Shown here piece by piece: positions 49,596 through 60,100 of a stretch of DNA of 64,000 bases. Source of the DNA: Trichosphaerium sp. ATCC 40318. Taxonomy: Eukaryota > Protista > Tubulinea. Both the position numbers and the translations under genes were made by a program. The notes below the pieces were generated by a model that saw only the letters and a program-made list of their open reading frames with translations, had not been told where the DNA came from and did not search any database. The stretch lies in NCBI GenBank assembly GCA_038496445.1, contig JALMLS010000637.1, positions 124,001 to 188,000 on the forward strand, read 5' to 3'. Position 1 is the first letter of the stretch; each line of letters starts with the position of its first letter.

Positions 49596-50346
49596 TAGTT
49601 GCAGTAAACTTGAACCAAAACAGAGCTCAAATCAAGAAGCAAAGCCTTGCTTAAGATTTTGCCTACAATTGAAAACTGGACAGTGACAGATTGAACTGGG
49701 ACGTGATTGGCGATAAAATGCACACGCAATGTCAGCCTCACTAGAGCCGCCAAAAGAAAGAAAAGGCTCAACGAGCTAGAAAAGGTGCTCAGGCGGAGCG
49801 TAGCGGGGGGTGGTAGGCGCTAATAAAACAGTGTATTTTGGTAAACGAAATAGACAGGCAAAGCAGGTGATTTTATTCTTTTTTTCATTGTCAATCTTAG
49901 AATTGCGTTCATTAATCTTTCATCAATCTCAAGTAGGTAGGGGAGATAGAAACTATTTTAAGTAGAGTTTTTGGTTTTTAGTTTGCACCATATTTTTACA
50001 TTAGTCAGCATTCATTCAGATTGATTAAGGGTGGTGGGTAGAGATCGCGATAGCTTGTTTATTGAAGGACGTTGGAAACGCGACGAGCGAGAGGTGAGAG
50101 AGAAGGGTGAGAAGTCAAGATGCTTCTGTTGGCCTTTCTTTTCACCGCCGCAAAAGCTCCGACTTTGTCTGCCGTCCAAAAACCAAAAAGACAACGTATA
50201 AAAACCTAAATACAATCTTTGTATGTGCACCACTGTGTAGAGTACAAAAAACGTAGTTAGAGTTAAAAATAATTGGGCGAAGTTTGTGTAGACCAAAACA
50301 ACACCAAAAAATTCTTTTTAATAGTTAATCATATCACCTCTTCACC

Positions 50347-51129
50347 ATGGGCAACTATTTTCACTACATTGGGAACCTTGTCGTCACTCCGGCAACACAC
50401 CTGACAAACACACATCCATGGGAACCAAAACAACCTTTTTTCGAAACAACTACAGCGAAAAACCACTCCGAAGCTTCAGACGATGAACTCCTTGCTATAT
50501 TTACTCTCCTGGGACCTTTAGACATCTGTCGTGTTTCTATAGTGTGTAAAAGATGGTACAACGTGTGTCAGTACAAGGTGTTATGGAAAACCTTTTGTAA
50601 ACAGTCCAAGTACTACGCGCACTATAAAATATACGACAACGCGGATGGTGATGGTCCAGAAGATGGCGTGTACAGTTGGAAACTTGAGTACGCTGCACGT
50701 GCTAGAAATCCAATAAAACTGGCCTCAACAGTGGAGTTTCAAAGAAGTGGGAAGCTTCAAACTCCTGTTGATCCTGAAGAACTTTGTTTTTGGACTTTCG
50801 AAGACGGTTGCATTTTTCAATCTGGACATCAAGATTTACCACATGTGGTGATTGAACAGCTCAAGAAGTGTATCTCAGAGCTTGAGATACAGGGATTGAA
50901 AGTAAATGGAGCTATTTTCATTACGAATGGTAGTGGTAGTTGCAGTATCAGAAAAGTGGCAAATGGTAAAGTGTATTTTGTGACTACGAGCGAACTCTGG
51001 CCTAAAGGCTATGAGGCTCCTTCTTTTGCTACTTTTGATTCCAGCAGGAAATTCCAACAAGCATTTTTAACTAAGGGTGGAACTTGTTTACTGTGTATGA
51101 AAGACAACATCATGGACATGTTAATATAA
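50347..51129 (+). CDS. Intronless F-box protein with unrecognised C-terminal domain
   Basis: SDDELLAIFTLLGPLDICRVSIVCKRWYNVCQYKVLWKTFC...YSWKLEY; N-terminal MGN. Confidence 0.85.
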   Translation: MGNYFHYIGNLVVTPATHLTNTHPWEPKQPFFETTTAKNHSEASDDELLAIFTLLGPLDICRVSIVCKRWYNVCQYKVLWKTFCKQSKYYAHYKIYDNADGDGPEDGVYSWKLEYAARARNPIKLASTVEFQRSGKLQTPVDPEELCFWTFEDGCIFQSGHQDLPHVVIEQLKKCISELEIQGLKVNGAIFITNGSGSCSIRKVANGKVYFVTTSELWPKGYEAPSFATFDSSRKFQQAFLTKGGTCLLCMKDNIMDMLI

Positions 51130-51538
51130 TGTCTAGCACAAAGATTCACTAATTCTCAAAATAAATGTCAAAAGTTCCTTAAGCAAGCTGTTTCCCACAA
51201 GTGCAAATATCACATGCCCTGCTAACATCTTTGTTCGTCAGCTTCATATAGCAATCTTTGTGGCTGTTCGGTACTTACGCTGATGCCCCAACTGAGGATA
51301 ACTTGTGAATTCTAAAATAATCATAGCTAAAAAAAAAACCGGTTTACTTTTAAATAATCCTATCGAAAACACATAGCAAGTAAGCAGGAAACACGTTTGA
51401 GCTACTTGTAAGAACAAGACAATGCTATTTAACCACGAACTTATTGTACAAATAATGAAATTGATCGCACATAAAGATTGACGCATTCTTACGCAATAGA
51501 CTGTAAGGAGTACACTTCATAATCATCACGATTTTATT

Positions 51539-52922
51539 TTACATTGCGCGTACAAACTCCCCCATGTTTAAACATTCGTGAGCTCTCTAGAATACCAGTC
51601 TCAGACCACCTTTCACTGAGTCCATGCATTTCTCCTTTTAGATAGTTCATACGACATGCCATCTTACCATTATGATGATACTTAATGACAATACCTAGTA
51701 CATACAAATGTTAGTCAAGTCAAAAAAAAAAAAAAAAAAAAGAAAATGAGAACAAACTAAGTTCTCCTGTATGTTCCCTTTAGACAAGTTCTTTTCTTAT
51801 TCTTTGCTACGTACCATGTATTTCACCATCTTTAGTATAATTTTTTTCTATTTTTAGTGTTCCACCAGGGAAGAATTCTTTGTACAATCCAACGTATTTT
51901 CCAGCAACATAAGAGCAAAATTTTTTAGGAGAAGAATCTCTATGCCACTTCTTGTATTCACCGTCAAATTCACCTTTAACATAAGTACAATCTTGAAATA
52001 ATACTCCATTACGATACCACTCTCTATACCTACCAGTATATCTTCCTTGATCATAATTACACTCAACCCAAAGTTGTCCATCATCTCTCCATTCTAAACA
52101 CTTGCCATGCTTCTTACCATGATCGTAAAACAAGTGTACTTCTAAGGCACCATTATTATGCCATTGTTTACATTCTCCATGTTTTTTTCCCTCATGAAAA
52201 TACAAGTCAACCTCAAGGAGACCATTTTGATGCCATTGTTTCACACGACCATGTTTTTTACCGTTTTCAAACTCACTCTCTATCCAAAGGCATTTCATGC
52301 CTTTACGCCACTCCTTAACGATACCATGAAGTGCGTCGTCTTTATAAGTACATTCAGTCTTTAAATGTCCATTACTCTCCCATTGTTTAGCTGGACCGTT
52401 TCTTTTACCGTTAACGTAAACAAACTCGAACTCTTCTTTACCACTTTCAAAAAAAGACTTGTACGGACCGTGTACTTCGTCATCTAAGCAATTATACACC
52501 TCCTTTATAGCACCACATTCATGGTACACTGTACACTTACCTTGACGATAACCGAGTACATAAAAGCAAACTTCGGCTAATTGACCATTATCGTGCCACA
52601 TCTTGTTAGAGCCATCTAAAACGCCATGGCTAAAATGGCATAGGCGTTTTTTACGTCCGTTATCATGCCAACTTTGCCAAGCTCCAGTTTTCTTTAAAGT
52701 CTTCGCTGTAAAGCGAGTCAACGCTGAATTATGACATAAAACCGGCCATTGTCTGAAAGAGTACTCGCTGGTTAAGCTGATGTATATTTGTAGTTCAACC
52801 GGTAGAGACGTAAGCCTGTAATAAAAAAATACGGTTTAGACAAGTTAAAAACCGTTCAGTTTGTCAAACAAATACGCGGAGGTAAAAAACCCGTACATCG
52901 ATGTCCCCGCGCTTGTATCCAT
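51539..52922 (-). CDS. F-box-like + long MORN-variant repeat protein M4 (3 exons)
   Basis: MDTSAGTSM|LTSLPVELQIYISL...QWPVLCHNSALTRFTAKTLKKTGAW is homologous to the M2 head; about 14 W..NG.L...Y..G..HG units; last exon 51695-51539. Confidence 0.85.
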
Positions 52923-53372
52923 ATGTTTTCGCGTGTTTCGTGAATGTACCTCTGATTTTACGTATTTAAATACCACGATTTGATCAAATGATGTTTATAC
53001 AATTACCGTTTAATTGCCGCCTACTACCGCGCGTTTTGAGGAACCGTTGAATAACTGTTGATTTAGTTTGAAAAAAAAGGCGAATTTTTGTCGCATTGTA
53101 CCCTTATTATTTATTACTCAATACCAGTGGTATGTAGAAGCGCTTGAATTACACATAAACATTTTTGTCCCGCTTAGAGTTGAATTGAAGTTATACTGTG
53201 CCTGGACGCATGTAATTTGATAATACGCGCACCTGTATTCAGTTTAACCATAATTCAAAACGGGACTTGACAAAACAAGTACGAAATCGGTTATAGCCTC
53301 GACAAGTGTTGACAATAGTACAAGAGATACTGATAAGGTGATTTCGAGTCGTCACAAGACTTTCTTTCTGAC

Positions 53373-55469
53373 ATGCGCGTGAGAACACTTCGTGTGCGTA
53401 AAAGATCTCCTGTTGGCCATTGGCGCAGTGTTAAAAACCAAAGACAATATTTCGACTTTGTACTCGCCAGAGAGCTTCGTATACTCACCTATGAAGACTG
53501 GTACGATTGTACAAAAGGTCAAGTCGCAAGATTAGGCGCATTTACGCAGCTCAATCAATGGTAAACGCTATTTATTTGCTAAGTTTTTAATATTTTGCTC
53601 AATTGTTGTAGTTACAACGGCTCTCTTGCATTAGCACTACAAGAACTGTATCCACAAAGAGAATGGCAACTATGGAAATTCAAGTACTACACCTCTTTTT
53701 TTGTTATCGCACGTGACTAGTTTTTAATTCTTTTTTCTGTTTGAAGAAACGCGCCAAGAGATCACTGGAGTTCAGTAAAAAACCAAGCGGTTGCTTTTGA
53801 ACAAGTTGCAGAATCACTTAACTTTAAGCATTTGGATGACTGGTGCCTCCTTTTTTCTTAAAGGTCACGTGAGTTTTCTAATAACAGGTCAGGTATACAG
53901 CAAAGTACCGAATCATTCAAGTCATGGGTATAGGAGGCATGCTATCAAGATGGTGCGTTTATACTGGATGCTTGGCTCCCAGTACCAACGCTCTATCCTC
54001 TCCTGACTATTCAACCCATAGCTATGCTGGTTCTATGTCTAAGGCGCTTAAAAGTATATATCCAACTCACAACTGGGAAGATAACAAGTTCCAGTGCGTA
54101 CTTGTGAAACAAATAACTTGAACTAACTGCACAAAAAAAGTATGGTGCCAAATTACCATTGGCACAATAAACAAAATCAAGAAGAGGCGTTCCAACAGGC
54201 TGCTGAAGAATATAGCATCAAGACTCTGGATGATTTTTATAACTTTCCTCAAGCTCCACGTTTTATGGGTCATTTAAAGTCTGTATTAGAAAAGTACAAT
54301 TGTTTCTTTACCAAAAAAAACTGACAAACAATTTCAAAGGCATGATTGGTCTTTTCAAAATGCACTTGCATATCTCTTTCCAGAATATCCATGGAACTTT
54401 CAGTACGTTGATACTGATATACTTGAGCTATGTTTTCGTTAATGTAGTTCACCATCACAGGGAGAAGATAACTATTCCGCAAAATTATTGGAGAAAACGT
54501 GCGAATCAAGTTACTTTCTTGGAGTCAGTAGCTGAACGATTTCAATTAACTTCTCCTGAGAGTTGGTACATATATTAAATAGCACGCTTAACTTTGTCTC
54601 CCTTTGCTAACATATGCTTGTTAGGTACCGTATCTCTTCTGAGCAGCTAACAGAAGTAGCTACGTCTGGTGTACAACCTTATTTTCCGCGTATGTTACTC
54701 TCTATATATCCTGACTACAAGTGGGATTGGGAATCATTCGCATCTATGAAAAAGCTGGCGTCACAAAGGTAAAGATACAGTGCCTTATTAAGAAACCTTT
54801 GACTTACAGCTCAAACTAAGACGTCTCGTTGAATGTGTTCGCCTTATTTTTCCAAAACACGAAGTTACTGAAGAACACAATGTAACTAGCAGACACTTCA
54901 ACGGTACAGGCGCAATTTTGTTAGATGTTTTTGTAGCAGAATGGGACCTAGGGCTAGAGTACCAAGGTAATTTTTCCTGAAAGAGATAAAGCAAAATAAA
55001 CATCTCTTTAGGAGAGTGTCATTTTCATAATCTGCTACCTCACCAAATGGCATCTAAAGAAGGCAGAGATACTGAAAAAGCAGAGCACTGCAAGCGTCAT
55101 GGTACGGTATTACTTAAAAGGACTCTCATATAAGTTTAACATATGTAGGTATAACGATAATCCCTATTCCGTATTGGTACTTTCTCAACCTTTTTTGGAA
55201 CCACGTTTTAAGTTATTTTGTTCTTAGGTGGGAAGGAGATATTGGCTCAATAGCTGCAACAATAAGACACTATGTGCCAAGTGTTAGATTATATGTACCA
55301 AATAACGCTAAGCCACTTATAATGGTCAATAAGGACTCAAACAATCGTTGGCCACGTGCGGTTTTTTTTTGGTTTTTCTGGTACAGTTTTGTTTAACTCG
55401 GTTTATTTAGAACGCACACCCACAATTATGTCTCCAATAGCTAATAATGGAGTAGCACATATTGTCTAA
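53373..55469 (+). CDS. Protein with about four Trp-rich helical repeats of roughly 75 aa and a C-terminal PD-(D/E)XK-like (DUF559/RAP-like) nuclease domain
   Basis: Repeat P..HW....NQ...F..A..L.....DW...Y.GS...AL...YP...W...KF; C-terminus LDVFVAEWDLGLEYQG|ECHF...RDTEKAEHCKRHG|ITIIPIPYW|W. Confidence 0.75.
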
Positions 55470-55522
55470 GTAATTTAACAGTCTCTCTTGTACAATTAGA
55501 AAAGTAAAAAGCCTAAAATGTT

Positions 55523-55828
55523 TCAACCACCAGAAACTGGCGGAATGACAGCAATTTTGTCGTGTGGTTTGATTGTGACTGCTTCAAGCGTATATTCTTC
55601 GTTTACGGCGATAACAGCGGTTTCAAGTACTTTAGACAGTCTTGGGTAACGCTCAGCCAAAATTTGTTTAAATTGAACTGTAGTTGTCTAAAAATGCATC
55701 AGCACGCGTAGATTGCGTACTGTTGTCGATAAAAATCATATACGCACTCCTGTTGGAACTTCCAGCTCGAGGTTGTCCTTACCTAGCTGCTCCTTTGCGC
55801 TGGCGAAAAACAGACATGTCACCTTCAT
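55523..55828 (-). CDS. MOCS2A: Molybdopterin synthase sulfur-carrier subunit (MoaD/MOCS2A), missed by the ORF track
   Basis: MKVTCLFFASAKEQLGKDNLELEVPTG|TTTVQFKQILAERYPRLSKVLETAVIAVNEEY...DKIAVIPPVSGG*. Confidence 0.92.
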
Positions 55829-56103
55829 TTTCTGTTCTACAATTTAGAAAACGTTACATTTTTTTATAGTTAATACCTCAAGAGGCGTGTGCTCTTTTGA
55901 ATTGCCCACTTTGGCCAATAAAAGATCGTTTGTCTTCCCTGATGTGAAATGGCGCATCTTCGACTCAAGTGACGTTAATATTGGTTTCTTTTGTAATGCT
56001 AACGTACCATCTCGGCTTGCATCAATAGGTCAATCACCAACTTACTTTTGGGTTTGCGGCTTAACAAAGCCTAAAAAAGTGGAACGAGTAGCAATAGCGT
56101 ACT

Positions 56104-57025
56104 ATGTCGTCTATACCGCTTCATTTTGACGCAGTCCCTACAAACTCAGATGATATTGAAGACATCCAGTTAGATACACCACACGAAGCATCGTCCGCAG
56201 ATCGTGGATTCGAGAAGGCGTCGTGTTTGCCTGAAAAGAAAAAAGATAAGTTATTAAAGGCGCTAGGACCAGGTGAATCGCTAGAATATGTTGAACAGCC
56301 AGCGTTTTGGCGAGGTAGGCCAGTAACTGCTGTTTTTAAAAATAACACGTCACAGCACAAGGACCTGCATTTGCAGTGATGTTGGTAGGAAGTATAGCAC
56401 TTATAGTTGTATTATGCGTTAACTACAAACTGTTACTCGGAGGTATGGGATAAAATTGCGTTTCTACGCTCTAAACGAACACAATAGGCTCTACAATGAT
56501 GATCGCAGGCACATTCCCATTAGCGTTAATTATGATCATTTATTCCGCTTGGACGCACAAAAATAGGCACGTTACAATACGCGCCGCATAAAACAAAGAG
56601 ATTGATTCATTCGTAAATGTTCAAGTGACATTTACAATAATTTTTTTCTTTTTCTCCTCTTAAACCAGCTACTAATACAACCATCGCAGATATGTAGCGT
56701 TTACAGATAAGCGTGTTATTATAGAACTCAGTGGAAAGCATAAACTAAAATATGATGACATTTCAGGTGTCACCACGCAATTTAATTACTTATTCTGTCG
56801 TCACGACATTGTTCTTACCTCTGACGTATCAGGTGGACCAAGGTACTTGCAATTGAACCTATTTGATTTTTTACGCGCCGTAAAGAGAAATTACTTTAAA
56901 ATGCTGATATTTACGCTACCTGTAGACCTAAGAAGTACTACATTGAAGCAATACCTAGAGCAGACTTCTATATTCAGTTTCTGCAAGGGCAGACATCAAC
57001 AACTACTATTGTTCCTGATGTCTAG
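56104..57025 (+). CDS. Two-TM membrane protein with bacterial-type PH-like domain
   Basis: LGPGESLEYVEQP, two hydrophobic helices, then R|YVAFTDKRVIIE...LKYDDISGV. Confidence 0.6.
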
Positions 57026-57163
57026 AGTGTAAAAATAGTTTGATTTTTTCGGTTGTATGCGAGTCATCACTTTTCACTGTAAATAAATAAGATAATCTAA
57101 TAACTGTTAAACCACCGCTTTTACGTTGATATTGTTTTCTTTGCGTACAGCACTCGTTTGTTG

Positions 57164-60100
57164 ATGGAAGCAGTACGCGAAAGGCCTAAAAAGAAACAAA
57201 CGGCTCGAGGTACCGTGTACAATGTATATATTTTAAATACAGGCTGTTTTATGGATAACAGTACAGTTTGTAACGAAGGAGAATTCGTTACATGTTTTTT
57301 TCACAAATTCTGTCGCCTACAGGCGTATTACGCGCGTGCATTCTAAAAAAATAACGTAGAAAAGTCAAAGCGGCCAGTTCCCACGTTATCCAAACCAACA
57401 ACACCTGTCAAGCCTAAAATATCGCCAAAACCTTCTCCAGTCCCTTCTGACGTTTCACAAACACAAGATCAGGTCAAAATCATCAATACCAACAATGTAC
57501 GAACTAGTGTCACTTTGACACATGTTAACCACTATTCCACTAAACCTGTGGTGTGAAAATAATACAAAGGAACTCGTAAATTGAAGTTTATCATCTGTAG
57601 GTATCTCAACCGCTCCCAGAATCTCAGGAACAAACACAAGCAAGCCATGCTTCTCCACAACCAGTAGTTCAAGAACAGTTACCGCAGCCTATTATCGCTA
57701 ATGCTGCTCCTGTACATACTGCTACTGCGCCCATGATGCCAGTGGAGGCAGTGATGCCATCCGCACCTCCTTTTGCTCCATCAGCTCCTCCAGTGGTTTT
57801 TGATAGTATTTACCCTGATTTGAAGTACGAAATGCAAAAGATCATTTATTTGTCTTGTACAGATTGTACTAACATCGCAAAGGGAATCACCTATCGCTCA
57901 ACCTAGTTGGCGTAGTGTTGATAGGTATGTTAGCCCTCTTCAAGCTATCAAAGTAGATGTACAACGTTTGTTTGTTGGATTAGAACAAAAAGCAGTTCAA
58001 ACGATAAAAGAACCACGTAATCCTCAACCTCCCGTACGTTGTATCTTCCTAGCACTTTTAAAAAGGAACTGGAAGTATTGAAGGCTTCTATCTTGTAGAG
58101 CGCATGGCAGACAAGTCAATTTTACGTTATGGTAGCTGCTTTTGAAGAAGCCAGCTTTCGATTAAACGGTGCTCATGCTGAACTCGCATCAATTAATAAA
58201 GAACTCTCCATGATGCAAGATACTATATGGAAGTTTGAAAAACGAACCTTAATGCCTGCAAAATCCATGTGTTTATGTGGTAACGACGTAAGTGTCATTT
58301 TCTGCGCCAAAAATTTTTAGTTTTTGTCCTCAAAGACTTTAGGTTGAAGCACCTGCTCTTGAGTGTGATCACGCTCAGATCGACCCTGAATTAGCTACTG
58401 CAATTAAAGTTTGTCAACAAAGACTTTTGATTGTAAGGTTTGAGGCACGTGATTTATTTTTTCCGATTTTCTTCTAAATTCGGATGATAGACACTTCCTT
58501 ATGCAAGGTATGCTTCACTTACTGGTTTTATGCGTTTGGTTCGTTTCATACACGAATTTATTCAATACACACCACCGCTAAAGTCTATAAAAGCTGAAGA
58601 CCCAGTCATAGGTACGCTGAAGGTTTTACAGCTCAAACAAAACATAAATTCTAACTTTTCTTTTGAAGTGATGTCACCAAAAGATAGAAAGCATTCTGAT
58701 AAGAATTACATAAACGATATGCGTCATTACATAAGTGTGTTGCTCTTTTTTGAAAGGAAAGCTTATCATGGCGGTAAAGAAACAAACATTGCGTATAGTT
58801 TCGTAAGTGCAATGCGTACACTTGCGGAAAAATTGGTGCGTCCGAAGCAAATTTGGTAAAATAGCTTACACATGTCGCTTTAGATTTGTAGATACATTCG
58901 TTTTGCTACTTCAGATGATCATTTATTCATCTTGGAACGACTTGTGAGATGTCCAACTGTACATAAATGGGCAACACAATTTGTACAATACCCTACACAA
59001 GCATGGTAACTAGTTCTTTTTGTTTAATGTCGAAACTAATTTTCTTTTCCTTTAGGGATGATATAACTTCAGACCTGTTTTTAAATAGTCTTAAAATGCT
59101 TCTATCGCCTGTTGTATATATAAAAACGGTAGAAGAAGAGGGAGGAGATGAAGCATCAGCGGATACAGGTATAAATGCTCACTGTAACAACTTTATTCTA
59201 ACTTATATTTTGTAGTACCTCAAACAACGCATTTGCTTGATGAATCTGCATTCCAAGCTCTCTTTAAGCAATTACCATTCTCGAGATTATTTTCTTGGCT
59301 GTTCAGACCAGTAGATGATATTAAAGACTTAGCTATCCATATACGTAAACAAATAAGTTATTGGGTAAGTAGTGTTCAAATGTTTTTTGTTTTCACTTGG
59401 CACGTGCTTAGTCATGTGAAGCATGACGTTGGCCTGGGTTTTCATTGTAGTAGTGAATTGTTAATTAGCTTAATAGACTTCTTCTATGATTCTTTTGTGT
59501 GATGCTTTGGAGCTTTTTTATGATTATAAACAATTATCTCATGAAATAGGTCACATAATTATTCATGGTTTAAAAGCAGGGAAGGACTTTCTAATGCAAA
59601 TGTATGTTACACAGATATTAAACAATATCACTAATATATTTTCTAGATCATCAGATAATACTGTACCTTCTTCAATCGTTTCTGCAAACAAGACAAGCTT
59701 CGATGCAACTTACTGTAGGGTAAGGTTTTATTGTTTTTTGTTTTAAGCTGACTTTGTTGTTTCTAGGTGTTTTCGAGGCTTTCCAGTACTGCTAATGGTG
59801 GAAAGGGATTATGGCAGTACCTTGTACATATACCTTATGAAGCTATGTCTCCTGAAACAGCCGTAAAAATGTTTGCTATGGCTCTTTTTCCAACTTATGT
59901 TGACGATGTTTCTATTACTCCCTGTATGACTTTGTAGTTGATCAATTATGTTCTAATATTTCTTTTTTAGCTACCATAGCTTCATGGTATGATAAGCGCG
60001 CAGGTAAGCACCATAAATTCTTCACTAGCTGGTTTGTGTAATTTGAATGTCTAGACGGAATACGACAAGATTTTGTCACTTCTATCGTGAAATACCATGA

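Noticed and set aside
51722-51745. Poly(A) run as a retroposon tail
   Set aside because: It is a poly(T) tract on the coding strand within the last intron of M4, with no TSD or element body.
40979-52922. Integrated giant-virus genome
   Set aside because: No viral hallmark genes (capsid, polymerase, packaging ATPase) are visible and most genes carry host-type introns; at most individual genes were transferred.
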